Assembly (NCBI GenBank): GCA_963844715.1
Contig: CAWJPJ010000001.1
Coordinates: 32,001 to 96,000 of the forward strand
Origin: an uncultured Phycisphaerales bacterium
GTDB lineage: Bacteria > Planctomycetota > Phycisphaerae > Tepidisphaerales > Tepidisphaeraceae
Direction of reading: 5' to 3'
Length of the DNA: 64,000 nt
The position numbers were made by a program, and so were the translations under genes. Numbering within the stretch: position 1 is the first letter of the stretch; every line of letters begins with the position of its first letter. The notes beneath the pieces were generated by a model. That model was not told the origin of the DNA, did not search any database, and saw nothing but the letters and a program-made list of their open reading frames with translations. Below are positions 20,093 through 31,270 of this stretch, piece after piece.

Positions 20093-21959
20093 ATGTCACT
20101 GGTGTCTCAACCGCAGCAGAAAAATCCGGCTGCTCTGACTCCCAAAATCCGCTTGGCCCTCCTGGCGAAGATCGGATTGGGGCTCCTTTTGTTTGGGGCA
20201 ACCCTGCTGGCTTATGGACCCGCGCTGCACGGCGGGTTGATCATGGACGACGCCTACCACGTCACGGCGCCGTCCCTGCAATCCTGGGCCGGACTGCGGC
20301 GGATCTGGACCGTGGTCGGCGCCACCCATCAATATTTTCCGCTGTTGCATACCGCCTTTTGGATCGAGCACCGAATATGGAGCGATTCCGTTCTGGGATA
20401 TCATCTGACGAACGTGCTGCTGCACGCCGGTTCGGCGTGCCTGTTGGTGGCGATCATGCGGCGGCTGGCGCTGCCGGGGGCTTGGTTCGCGGGATTTATA
20501 TTCGCGCTTCATCCGGTGTGCGTTGAATCCGTGGCGTGGATTTCGGAGCAAAAAAACACGCTTTCCACGCTCCTCGCCCTGGGGTCGGCCCTGGTTTATT
20601 TGCGATTCGACGAAACTGCGCCGGCGGCCAGGTTTCTTCGTCGCTTTGGCACTGTTTATCTGTTCCGTGCTTTGCAAGAGCATAACGATCACCCTCCCGG
20701 CGGCGCTGCTGGTCGTTTTGTGGTGGAAACGCGGACGCCTGCAATGGAAGCGCGACGTCCTGCCGCTCCTTCCCTGGCTGCTCATCGGCGTGCCGCTGAT
20801 CCTGCCGGCGGCTGGGATGGAGCGGAAGATGTGCGCCGCTTCGCCGGCTGACTTTTCACTCTCCTTGCTCCAAAGAACATTTTGGCGGGGCATATATTCT
20901 GGTTCTATCTGGGCAAACTGCTTTGGCCGGCGCATTTGGTCTACATGTATCCGAGATGGAACGCCGCGGCCGGAACCTGGCATCGATATGCCTACACGCC
21001 GGCGGCGATTGCTTTCGGGGCAGCTCTTTGTTGCTATGGCGCGCAAACATCGCGGGCCCCTGGCGGCTTTTTTGATCTTCGCCGGAACGCTGCTTCCCGT
21101 GCTCGGCTTCGTCAATGTTTACTGGTTCGCCATCTCGTATGTCGGCGATCATCTCCAATATCTATCCTGCCTGGCGATCATCGCGCTGTTCGCGTCGGCA
21201 GCAGCGATGGCGGCAAGCAAACTACCGGGGGCAGTTCGCACCATAGCGGCGGCGGGTTTGCTGGTGATTTTGGGCGTCCTGACGTGGCGGCAGAGCAGAA
21301 TCTATCGCGATCCCGAGACACTTTATCGCGCGACGTTGGCCCAGAATCCGGCGAGCTGGGTCGCCCATTACAACCTGGGGGATACCTTGAACCAGCTTCC
21401 GGGCCGGCAGGCGGAGGTCATCGAGGAATGGGAGGCGACTCTCCGCTACAGACCCGATTACGCCGAGGTGCACAATAACCTGGGGTGCATCTTGGCCTCC
21501 GATCCGGATCGCGTGCAGGAAGCGATCGAGCACTTCGAATCGGCGATCCGAATCAAACCCGATTTCGCTGATGCCCATGGCAATCTCGGGGCCGTGTTGA
21601 GCCAGATGCCGGGCCAGACCGCCGAAGCGATTGAGCAATTTGAGCTGTCGCTGCGTTACGATCCGAATTCGGCGCAAACGCATAACAATTTTGGAAATAT
21701 GTTGATGGATATCCCGGGACGATTGGACGACGCCATCGACCAGCTTGAGGTCGCGGTTCGCATCCAGCCGGATTATGCTGAAGCGCAGTGGAATCTGGCA
21801 CTGGCCCTGTCGCGGGAGCCCGCGCGAGCGGCCGAGGCAATCAGCCATTTGCAGATCGCGTTGCGTCTCGATCCCGACTTGGAGAGTCAGGGGGGCCCGC
21901 AACTGATGAAACATCTGCGGAGGCTTCAGGAGCGGAAATTGGCGCAGCGGAGTAACTGA
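20093..21959 (+). CDS. TMTC-like GT-C membrane glycosyltransferase with C-terminal TPRs, paralog 1 (frameshifted)
   Basis: IMDD loop, YHLTNVLLH, HPVCVESVAWISEQKNTLS, YVGDHLQYL, TPRs of the type PDYAEVHNNLG. Confidence 0.85.
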
Positions 21960-24380
21960 TGGCATCGGTGAGGCAGCAGCGCGACAGTATCAACGCCCAC
22001 CTCGCCGGAGCGGGGGTGATTGTGTTGCTGGGAGTTCTCGCCTACCTCCCGGCTCTGCCGGGCGGGTTCATCTGGGACGATGACTCCTGGACCACCGGAA
22101 TTCTCCCCCTCGTGCGGGATTTTGCGGGACTGGAAAAGATGTGGTTCCAGGCTACTGCGCTTCAGCAATATTATCCGCTGACAGGCACCAGCTTCTGGAT
22201 CGATTACCATTTGTGGGGATTTCACACCCTCCCCTACCACATCGAAAACCTGTCGCTCCATCTCACCTCGGCGCTTCTTTTCTGGACGTCGCTTAAGAAA
22301 CTTCGGGTTCCAGGCTCCTGGCTGGCCGGAGCGATATTCGCCGTCCATCCCGTCATGGTCGAATCCGTTGCCTGGATCACCGAACGTAAAAACGTCCTCT
22401 CCATGGTCTGCTTTCTGCTCGCCCTGCTCGCCTACGGGCGGTTCAGCCAGTTCTGGAGGGAAGAGAAGAAACCGAAGCGGGACTGGCGAGCCTGGAGCTT
22501 GGCGTTGGTTCTATTTGTCTGCGCTCTATTGGCCAAGACCACCGCCTTCGCGCTACCGGCGGTGCTACTGCTCATTTGCTGGTGGAAGAGGGGCGAGATT
22601 CGCTTGAAGCGGGACGTTCTTCCCACGTTACCCTTCTTTGTCATTTCGATCATCTTTTGCGTGGCGACAGGCTGGCTGGAGAAAAACCACGTGGGAGCCA
22701 AGGGACCGGCGTGGGATATCTCGTTCCCGGCGCGATGTCTCATCGCGGGACGGGTGATCTGGTTCTATGTCGGCAAACTCGTCTGGCCCAGTTCATTCTG
22801 CTTCGTCTACCCGCTGGCACGTGAATGTGGCCTCCTGGAAACAGTGGCTATTGCCGATCAGCGTGGTGGCGATCATTGGGGCCCTCTGGCACTACCGCCG
22901 CCGCGTCGGCCGAGGCCCGCTGACTGCCGTCCTGTTCTTCATCGGCACCCTCTTCCCCGCCCTGGGGTTCATGAACGCCTATTACATGTGCTTTTCCTTC
23001 GTCTGCGATCACTGGACATACCTTTCCACCCTGGGGCTGATCGCTCTGACCGCGGCGCTGGCGGTCACGGCGGCGGACCGATTTAAGATCAGGCCTGCGC
23101 TGTACGCCGTGTCGGCTTTGCTCCTGCCGCTGCTTGCCGTTTTGACCTGGCGGCAGTGTCATGCGTACGGCGGTATGGAGGACCTCTGGCGCGATACCCT
23201 GGCGAAGAATCCCGATGCCTGGCTGGCACACAACAATCTGGGCGTTTTGCTGTCGGCCGAGGGAAAGACCGCCGAGGCAGTCGCTCATTACCAGGCGACC
23301 ATCCGTCTCGATCCCGATTTTGAGCAGGCGTATAACAACATGGGGATCGTTTATGCGCAAGCCGGGAAGACGCAAGAGGCCATCTCGCAGTACGCGGAGG
23401 CGTTGCGCCTCAATCCGCAGTTTGCGGAGGCGGAATACAACTGGGGCATCGCCCTGCAACTTGCGGGCAGAGACCGGGAAGCGATTCCCCACTACGAGCG
23501 GGCCATCGAACTGCAGCACGATTTTTCCAAGGCGGAGTACAATCTCGGGTTAATTTTCGTAGATTTGGGGAACATCCCGGAGGCGATCGAACGTTTCAAG
23601 GCAGCGCTGAACATCGATCCGGATTACGCCGACGCGCACTACGACCTTGGTTTGGCTCTGGCAAAGCAAGGTAAATTGGACGAAGCGATCGCCCACTGGC
23701 AGCGGACTTTGCAATTACAGCCGAACTATCCCGAGGCAGAATACAACTGGGGATTTGCCCTCCAGCAAATGGGCCGCAATGATGAGGCGATCCCCCATTA
23801 CCAGCAAACGATCCGGCTGAAACCCGACTTTTTCGACGCGCAATACAATCTTGGGCAGCTCCTGCTGCAATCGGGAAAAATCGACGAAGGGATCTCGCAC
23901 TTACAGGCCGCGGTGAGGATCAAGCCGGACTCGGCTCCCGCGCACAACACCCTGGCCTTCGTCCTTTGGCAAACCGGACGGGCAAAGGATGCCATCGCGC
24001 AGTGGAACCTGGCCCTGCAATACAACCCTGATTATTCCGAAGCCCAAAACGCGCTGGCGTGGCTGCTGGCAACCCTGTCGCCGGCCGACGGGGGCGATCC
24101 GACGCGAGCCGTCAGTCTGGCGCGGTGCGCTTGCGAGTTGTCTCGATATCAGGTCGCCGGCTATGTCGACACGCTGGCGACCGCCTATGCCGCCGCCCAG
24201 CAATTCGACCAGGCGATCGCCACGGCGAAGAAGGCAATCGATCTGGCGCGCGCCGCCGGTCAGTCGCAGTTGGTTCGGGAGATCCAGGCTCGCCTGCAAT
24301 CATATGAGGATCGTCATCGTTATATGCAACCGCCACCTGTCGTTCAGAGCCAGCCGGCCGTGGCGGGACAAAACCCGTGA
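21959..24380 (+). CDS. TMTC-like GT-C + TPR protein, paralog 2 (frameshifted)
   Basis: FIWDDD, QYYPLT, HPVMVESVAWITERKNVLS, FVCDHWTYL, long TPR array; TGATG coupling with paralog 1. Confidence 0.88.
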
Positions 24381-26562
24381 AGGAAAAATCCAATAATCTT
24401 GTGGCCCGCTGCGCCGGAATTGCCGTGATCGTGTTGCTGGGCGCATCGGCATATTACCCGGCAATGTCGGGGAAATTCGTCTGGGACGACGACTCCTGGA
24501 CGACCGGCATCTCCTTTCTGTTGCGCAATTTTGCCGGCTTGCGGTCGATGTGGCTCAATCCCACGGCCCTGCAACAGTATTATCCACTCACCGGGACCAC
24601 GTTTTGGCTGGATTATCACTTCTGGGGCTTCTGGACGGTCCCCTACCACATTGAAAACCTTGTGCTGCATATCTGTTCCGCCTGCTGCTGTGGCGATTTT
24701 CGTGGCGGCTTGGGGTGCCTGGCGCGTGGCTCGCCAGCGCCATTTTTGCGGTCCACCCCGTTATGGTCGAATCGGTGGCGTGGATCACCGAGCGAAAAAA
24801 CGTTCTCTCGATGGTCTTTTATCTCAGCGCTCTGCTGGCTTACGGGCGTTTCAATTCGTTCTGGGGCGAAGAGAAAGTTGGCTCGCCCCGGCACTGGGGA
24901 GCGTATGCACTGGCGTTCGTTTTGTTCACGGCCGCTTTGTTGTCGAAGACCACCGCCTTCTCCCTGCCCGCGGTCATTTTGCTGATCTGCTGGTGGAAAC
25001 GGGGATGGATCAACTGGCGGGAGATATGCCTGACCTTGCCGTTCTTTGCGGTATCCATTGGCTTTTGTTTGGGCACGGCGTGGCTCGAAAAAAACCACGT
25101 CGGAGCCCGAGGACCGGAGTGGGCGATTCCCTTCGCGCAGCGATGCCTGATCGCCGGCCGCGTTTTTTGGTTTTACCTCTGGAAACTTGTCTGGCCGGCG
25201 AATCTCTCTTTCGTTTACACGCGCTGGCGGCTCAACACCCATTCGGCTTGGGAATGGTTCTTTCCGATCAGCGCCGTTGGCGTTCTCGTGTGGGTTTGGC
25301 TGGCGGAATCGAATCGGGCGCGGACCCGCGGCGGCGGCTTTCTTTTATGTCGGCACGCTCTTTCCGTCTTTGGGATTCATGAACGCATACTTCATGCGCT
25401 ACTCGTTTGTGTGCGATCATTGGGCCTATCTGTCCAGCCTGGGGCTTATTGCCCTTGCGGCCGCGATGGTCGTCGCGCAGCCGCTCGCTTCCACATGCCT
25501 GAATCGTACTTTGGGTTTGCCGGAGTGCTGCTGCCGATATTGGCGATCCTCACCTGGCGGCAATGCGGGATCTACGCCGATCTGGAAACGCTCTGGCGCG
25601 ACACGTTGACAAAAAATCCGACCACCTGGCTGGCCCTGAACAACCTGGGCATCGTTTTGCGCAACCAGGGAAAGCTCCCCGAAGCGATCGCGCTTTACCA
25701 TGAGTCGTTGCGATACGATCCGGATTACGCCGAAACCCACAATAACCTGGGCGTCGCCTTGAAAAAGGAGGGGAAGACCGACGAGGCGATCAACGAATAT
25801 CTCGTGGCGCTTCGAATCAAGCCGGATTATGCCGAGGCCCACGGCAATCTCGGAAACGCGCGTGCGCGCAAAGGCCAGTTACCGGAAGCGGTGGACCAAT
25901 ATGACCAAGCGCTGCGAATTCAGCCTGAGTACGCCGAAGCGCGCTACAACCTGGCGATCGCCCTCACTCAGCAAGGCAAAATCGACGATGCGATTGATCA
26001 ATACCGGCAGACGCTGCAAATTGATCCCGATTTTTTCGAAGCACACTGCAACCTGGCGGTGCTTTTCATGCAACAAGGCCGATTTCCGCAGGCGGTCGCG
26101 GAATATGACGAGGCGGTGAGAATCAGGCCCAATTCCGCGACAGCGCATAATGACCTGGCGTTGGCCCTCTCTCGGGCGGGCCAGCCGCGGGAGGCGATTT
26201 CGAATTGGGAAGCCGCGCTGCGAATCAAGCCGAATTATCTCGAGGCTGCAAACAGCCTCGCGTGGCAACTGGCCACGGTGAATCCTTCCGAGGGGGGCGA
26301 TCCGAACCAGGCGCTTGCTTTGGCTCAGAAAATCTGTGATGGCACCGGGTATCAGGTGCCGGAATGTCTCGACACGTTGGCGGCCGCTTTCGCCGCCACC
26401 GGCAATTTCAACGATGCAATCGCCGCGGCAAAGAGGGGGATCGATCTGGCCCGCGCCGGCGGGGATACGCAGTTGGTGGGGGCGATTGAAAACCGGCTTC
26501 AGATGTACCAGTCGGGCCAACCCTATCTCGCCTCCCCCGCCGCAACCAGGCCCGCCAATTAA
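24377..26562 (+). CDS. TMTC-like GT-C + TPR protein, paralog 3 (frameshifted)
   Basis: FVWDDDSWTTGI nearly identical to paralog 2, same core motifs, TPR array; GTGA overlap. Confidence 0.88.
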
Positions 26563-26584
26563 TGAACCCCGCGTCTGGGCTCCC

Positions 26585-28978
26585 CTACCCGCCGCTGGGG
26601 TTGGTTTGAGGATTGGTGGCGGGAGTCGGCCGAAGCTGATCCGCCAGACCAGGATAATTGGGATTGATGCGCTGAACCTGATGCCATTGATCGATCGCGG
26701 CGGCGTGTTGGCCGGCGCCGTCGAACACCGTGCCGAGATAGTCGTGGGCGTCGGCATCGTTGGGATTCAATGTGATCGCCTGCTGCAAAGCGGCGATCGC
26801 CTGTTGTGTCCGCCCGAGCTGGTTCTGCGCAAGCCCAAGAGCAACGTAGGCCGGCTCGTCGTCGTTCTCGGCCCGAATCGCGGCGATAAAGTGGTCGACC
26901 GCCGCCGCGGGCTGGTTATTGTTGAATAAAATAACGCCGAGGTTGTACTGGGCATCCGGAAAAGCCGGGCGAATCATTACAGCCCGCGCATAACAGCGAG
27001 CCGCCTGCGCCGGGTGGCCGAGGTCATCGAACGCGGAGCCCAACCCAAAAAATGTATCGGCGTCCTTTGGATTGATATCGATCGCCTGGCGATATTCCGC
27101 GATGGCGTCCGCTGGATGGCCCATCTTCCGCAGCACGTCCCCCTTGTTGCTGTGCGCCGTCGCCATGGCGGGGTTCAGCGCGATGGCCCGGTCATATTCG
27201 GCCAGCACTTCCGGCAGCCGATTGAGGGAACTCAGCGCATTGGCTTCGTCAAAATGCGCTTCATCGTCGCCGGGCTTGAAAATCAGCGCGTGCTGGAAGC
27301 AATCGAGCGCTTCCTGATACCTGTGAAGGTCGGAATCGGCAACTCCCTTGCTGATCCACGTGTTGGGAAATTCGGGATCGGCGCGAAGAGCGAGATCTAG
27401 GTAAGGAATCGCCTGGGCCGCCTGATGCTCGCTAACCAGCAACTCGCCCAGATGATAATTCGCCTGCCCATCCTTCGGACGATCGGCCAGCACGCGGCGA
27501 TATTCGGCGGCAGCTTCGTCGAGGTGCCCGGTGCGCTCCAGAACCAACCCCAACTTGAGGCGGGCGTCCGCGTAATCCGGCTTGATCTCCAGAGCCCGGA
27601 CGAACAGATCGCGGGCCTGATCCAGTTGCCCGTCGTTCACCAGAATGCTGCCGAGATAGCATTCCGCCAGGTAATTGTCGCTTGTGACCTCCAAGGCATG
27701 CCGATAGAGCACATGCTGATCGCCCCAGATCGAAATCTGATTCCACGTCCGCGCTGCACAACCCAGCAGAATGAGCGAAATAAAAACGGCGGCGGGTTTG
27801 GGCGCCTTGCGGAATAGCGGAGCCAAAGTCCAGATCAGAGCCAGCTCGATGCCGATCATCGGGAGATACGTGTACCGATCGGCCATGCCTTGCAGGCCGA
27901 CTTTGACCAGCCCGATGACCGGGACCCACATGCCCAGACACCAGAGCCACCCGACCAGAATCCAGCTCCGCCGCCGCCACTGTAAGAGGGCGATGAGCGA
28001 AATCGCCCCCACCACCGTCATGGAAAGCGCGACCGTCGCGGCGGGCCAATGGGCCGGGTACGGATAACCCACGGCCAATCCGAACGGCCAGAAGAATTTC
28101 TCCAGATAGAGAGCGACGGATACCACACAATTGACCAGCCGGCTTGCAAGCCCGAACGATTCGATAACCGCCCCGCCCGCTCTTTGCACCCGATAGGTGA
28201 CGATGCTGGAGGCAAGCGACATCACGAAAAAGGGAATCTTTTCCAGAACACAGCGGAGGAAACTCGCCGGATTAGTCACCCGCCGCAGCGGCCAGAAATC
28301 CAGCAGCAAAAGCACGCAGGGCAGCGTCACCAGCATCGGCTTGGAAAGCAGTCCGAGCGCCAGCGTCACCAGCGTCAGGACATAAAGCAAAACCGACTTG
28401 CCGGCGCGATGCGCCTGGGCATAGGCGGCATAACTCCAGATCGTTGCCAACCCAAAGAAACCACTCAGCACGTCCTTGCGCTCGGAGATCCAAACCACCG
28501 ATTCGACGCGCAAGGGATGCCAGGCGAATAGGGCCGCCGCCACGGCACTCGGCCAGAAAGACCCCGTTAATCGGCGAATCGCCAAAAACGCCAACACCGC
28601 GTTAAGGCTATGCAATAAGATATTGGTCGCGTGATGGCCGCGCGGGTTGTCCCCGTACAGCTTCCAATCGAGCATGTGCGTCAGCCAGGTGAGCGGATGC
28701 CAATTGGCGGCGTGGCCCGTGGTGAATGCCCAGCGGACGTTCTCCCACGTCAAACCCGTCTGCACGTGAATGTTCTGGGTGACGTAATTCGGATCGTCGT
28801 AACCCAGGAATCCATGATTGAGTGCGGGGCTGAAGAGCGCGAACGTCCCGACAAAAAGAACGGCGCAGACGACCGCCGTCCGAAGAATCTCGCCTCGATC
28901 CGCCGGCGCGCGGACCGAAACCGGCGAGATCTCTTCGCCAATTAATTGGTCGGTTATACTTTTCGAACTTTTGGTCAT
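26585..28978 (-). CDS. TMTC-like GT-C + TPR protein, paralog 4 (NWHPLTW subtype)
   Basis: Intact 797 aa ORF; GYDD..YV..N, ANWHPLTWLTH, HPLRVESVVWISERKDVL, MADRYTYLP, TPRs. Confidence 0.9.
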   Translation of the reverse strand: MTKSSKSITDQLIGEEISPVSVRAPADRGEILRTAVVCAVLFVGTFALFSPALNHGFLGYDDPNYVTQNIHVQTGLTWENVRWAFTTGHAANWHPLTWLTHMLDWKLYGDNPRGHHATNILLHSLNAVLAFLAIRRLTGSFWPSAVAAALFAWHPLRVESVVWISERKDVLSGFFGLATIWSYAAYAQAHRAGKSVLLYVLTLVTLALGLLSKPMLVTLPCVLLLLDFWPLRRVTNPASFLRCVLEKIPFFVMSLASSIVTYRVQRAGGAVIESFGLASRLVNCVVSVALYLEKFFWPFGLAVGYPYPAHWPAATVALSMTVVGAISLIALLQWRRRSWILVGWLWCLGMWVPVIGLVKVGLQGMADRYTYLPMIGIELALIWTLAPLFRKAPKPAAVFISLILLGCAARTWNQISIWGDQHVLYRHALEVTSDNYLAECYLGSILVNDGQLDQARDLFVRALEIKPDYADARLKLGLVLERTGHLDEAAAEYRRVLADRPKDGQANYHLGELLVSEHQAAQAIPYLDLALRADPEFPNTWISKGVADSDLHRYQEALDCFQHALIFKPGDDEAHFDEANALSSLNRLPEVLAEYDRAIALNPAMATAHSNKGDVLRKMGHPADAIAEYRQAIDINPKDADTFFGLGSAFDDLGHPAQAARCYARAVMIRPAFPDAQYNLGVILFNNNQPAAAVDHFIAAIRAENDDEPAYVALGLAQNQLGRTQQAIAALQQAITLNPNDADAHDYLGTVFDGAGQHAAAIDQWHQVQRINPNYPGLADQLRPTPATNPQTNPSGG

Positions 28979-29021
28979 TCCGCCGGGCGAAATGATACCG
29001 AAAAGCCCTGGATTTGCGAAA

Positions 29022-29297
29022 TCATCGACGGTTCCTTACCAAAACAAAAACCGCTTCCGTCGCGTTCTTGTTCGCGTCGTCGTCGACGACCCGCATTTCC
29101 TCGCTGTTGATGCAAATTTTCCGGACGATGGAAATCCCCAGCCGCGCGCACAGCTCTTCTACATCCAAAATGGATGCGAATCGCCGGTTCGGCGTGTCGT
29201 ACCATTCGTACCCAAAGGTTCCTTCCATTTTCGGCGACCTACCCTCCCGCCAAAACATCTCGCGCAAACGCCAATATGCGAAATTGGGGAAGCTCAT
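29022..29297 (-). CDS. C-terminal half of a MetW-like protein
   Basis: SFPNFAYWRLR..GRSP....YEWYDTPNRRF.SI.D.EELC; SAM-binding N-terminal half absent. Confidence 0.65.
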   Translation of the reverse strand: MSFPNFAYWRLREMFWREGRSPKMEGTFGYEWYDTPNRRFASILDVEELCARLGISIVRKICINSEEMRVVDDDANKNATEAVFVLVRNRR

Positions 29298-29345
29298 TCT
29301 CTTATTTTGCGCGAATCGGCGAAATCCACCGGTAAACAGGCCTTC

Positions 29346-29720
29346 TTATTGTTGCGCGGATTTGAAGAGTTTTCGGACCCACAGTGATAGGCGCCGGGGT
29401 GGACGACGAAGATCGGTACGGATTGATGAGGAGAAGGTGGGAGGAGGAATCGGGGAAGCGCCGGCGGAGGCGGGTTCAGACAGTGGCCGACCATCGTCCG
29501 AAGACGGAACTTGGGGCAAGGGCGGAGGCATGACCTCAGCGGCCGTCGCTTCACCCCCGGCGGGCACCAGCGCAAACTCTTCCGGCTCGGGAGGAACCAG
29601 CGGAATTTTCACCGGCGCACCGCAGACGCATGTTCCCGTTTTTCCCGCCTTGGCGGGCGTCCAGCGGAAACGCCGTCCGCAATCCGCGCAGCAAAAGGTC
29701 AGTTCACCTGTCGGCTCCAT
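29346..29720 (-). CDS. Zinc-ribbon protein with Pro-rich tail
   Basis: CADCGRRFRW..AGKTGTCVCG..VKIP. Confidence 0.6.
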   Translation of the reverse strand: MEPTGELTFCCADCGRRFRWTPAKAGKTGTCVCGAPVKIPLVPPEPEEFALVPAGGEATAAEVMPPPLPQVPSSDDGRPLSEPASAGASPIPPPTFSSSIRTDLRRPPRRLSLWVRKLFKSAQQ

Positions 29721-29907
29721 AACCCACACCCCTCAGGGCAAAGTGATACCGGCTTGGGGTTGGCGGAGCAATAATTTTATCAGATTGCCACATCGGACCC
29801 GCGAAATTGGCTCATTAATCGAAGCACTGCGACGCGGCCGCCAGAAGGCAAGCGATATCGGCAGTTTGACTTACCGATGCCAGAGCCGTTAAATCTGGCC
29901 GAATTCC

Positions 29908-30453
29908 ATGGGACTTCTCTCTCGCCTCCGCAACCTCCTCACTTCCGGCCGGCAATTGAAGCAATTGGTAGCCGACGGCCTGGTGGTCGGCCAGAACGTC
30001 CACATCGGCCCGATGTGCTTTCTCGACCCGGACACGTGCTGGATGATCTCGATCGGAGATAACTCGACCCTCGGGCCGCGCGTAACGGTTCTGGCGCACG
30101 ACGCCAGCACGCGAAGACACATCGGGTTCACGAAAATAGGTCGCGTCATCATCGGGAAGAACGTTTTCGTCGGGGCCGGCGCGATCATCCTGCCGGGTGT
30201 AACCGTCGGCGATAATTCCATCATCGGCGCTGGCAGCGTCGTCACCAAGGACGTTCCCGCCGGAACCGTCGTCGCCGGCGCCCCGGCGGTCGTCGTCGCC
30301 CAACTCGATCAACTTCTCGAAAAACACAAGCTGAAAATGAAAGACGCCCCGAAATATATGGCGGCGGAATGGCCGATTTCGGACGGGATCAGCGATGAGA
30401 AGAAACAGCAGATGGTGAGGGAACTGACGGGGCGGATCGGGTACATTGAGTAA
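29908..30453 (+). CDS. Left-handed beta-helix (hexapeptide) O-acyltransferase
   Basis: ISIGDNSTLG..VLAHD, VIIGKNVFVGAGAIILPGVTVGDNSIIGAGSVVTKDVP..VVAGAPA. Confidence 0.9.
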   Translation: MGLLSRLRNLLTSGRQLKQLVADGLVVGQNVHIGPMCFLDPDTCWMISIGDNSTLGPRVTVLAHDASTRRHIGFTKIGRVIIGKNVFVGAGAIILPGVTVGDNSIIGAGSVVTKDVPAGTVVAGAPAVVVAQLDQLLEKHKLKMKDAPKYMAAEWPISDGISDEKKQQMVRELTGRIGYIE

Positions 30454-30582
30454 ATCAGAAATCCGAAGCCCGAAACCAGAATCAAATCCGAATGCCCAAA
30501 TGACCGAATCAAGGCGCGAGCGCCCTTCGGTCATTCGAGCATTCTGGTTTGATTCGGATTTCTGGTTTCGGGATTCTGGTTT
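30453..30582. repeat. Long imperfect inverted repeat built from 7-mer units, between convergent genes
   Basis: Left arm ..GAATCAAATCCGAATGCCCAAATGACCGAA pairs with TTCGGTCATTCGAGCATTCTGGTTTGATTC..; units AAATCCG/AAACCAG. Confidence 0.8.
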
Positions 30583-30588
30583 CCCGAG

Positions 30589-31170
30589 TTATACGAGGTC
30601 GCACGCCTCCGGCGGCATCCAATGCCTTTCCTTCCCCTGCCATTTCACGTTGCATCCGATCGGATTGGTCACTTCCACCGGCGGCTTCTTTCCCGCCAAT
30701 AGCGCATCCACCGCATCGCGCAATTCGTGGGTGGTTTCTTTGCCGGGATTGCGCGGGTTGTCGTCCATGCGGCCGGTGTAGCGGAGCTTCCGATCGGCGT
30801 CGAAGACGTAGTAATGCGGCGTGCGCAATCCGCCGTACGCCATCGCCACGTCCTGCGAATCGTCGCGCACGTAGGCAAACTTGAAATGCTTCTCCTTCGC
30901 GCACTGCACCATGTGGTCGAACGAATCCGTCGGATGCCCTTCGGTTTCGTTGGAATTGATCGCGATCATGGCCACGCCCTTGGGGGCGTAGTCATCGTAA
31001 AACTTGTTGATGCGATCTTCGGAGCCGATCACGTAGGGGCAATGATTGCAAGAAAAAAACACGATCAGGAGCTTGGCGTCCTTGAAGCTGGCGAGGGAAT
31101 AGGTTTTGCCATCGACGCCGGGGAGCTTGAAATCCGGGGCTTTTTGGCCGAGTTCGAGCGTGAATGCCAT
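30589..31170 (-). CDS. AhpC/TSA (thioredoxin-family, PRX-like1) redoxin
   Basis: APDFKLPGVDG, CNHCPYV, AINSN, YTGRMDD, IGCNVKW. Confidence 0.92.
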   Translation of the reverse strand: MAFTLELGQKAPDFKLPGVDGKTYSLASFKDAKLLIVFFSCNHCPYVIGSEDRINKFYDDYAPKGVAMIAINSNETEGHPTDSFDHMVQCAKEKHFKFAYVRDDSQDVAMAYGGLRTPHYYVFDADRKLRYTGRMDDNPRNPGKETTHELRDAVDALLAGKKPPVEVTNPIGCNVKWQGKERHWMPPEACDLV

Positions 31171-31270
31171 AATCGGGTCCTTTCCGCGAATGATGTTTCG
31201 CGCATTATAGGCGACTTGATGGATGCGAGACAGTTTTTTGATAGCGTCGGATTGCCGATAACATACAGGT

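Noticed and set aside
21300..27700. Periodic ~102-bp DNA similarity suggesting a repeat array or CRISPR
   Set aside because: It reflects 34-aa TPR coding repeats; there are no identical repeats with unique spacers and no cas genes.
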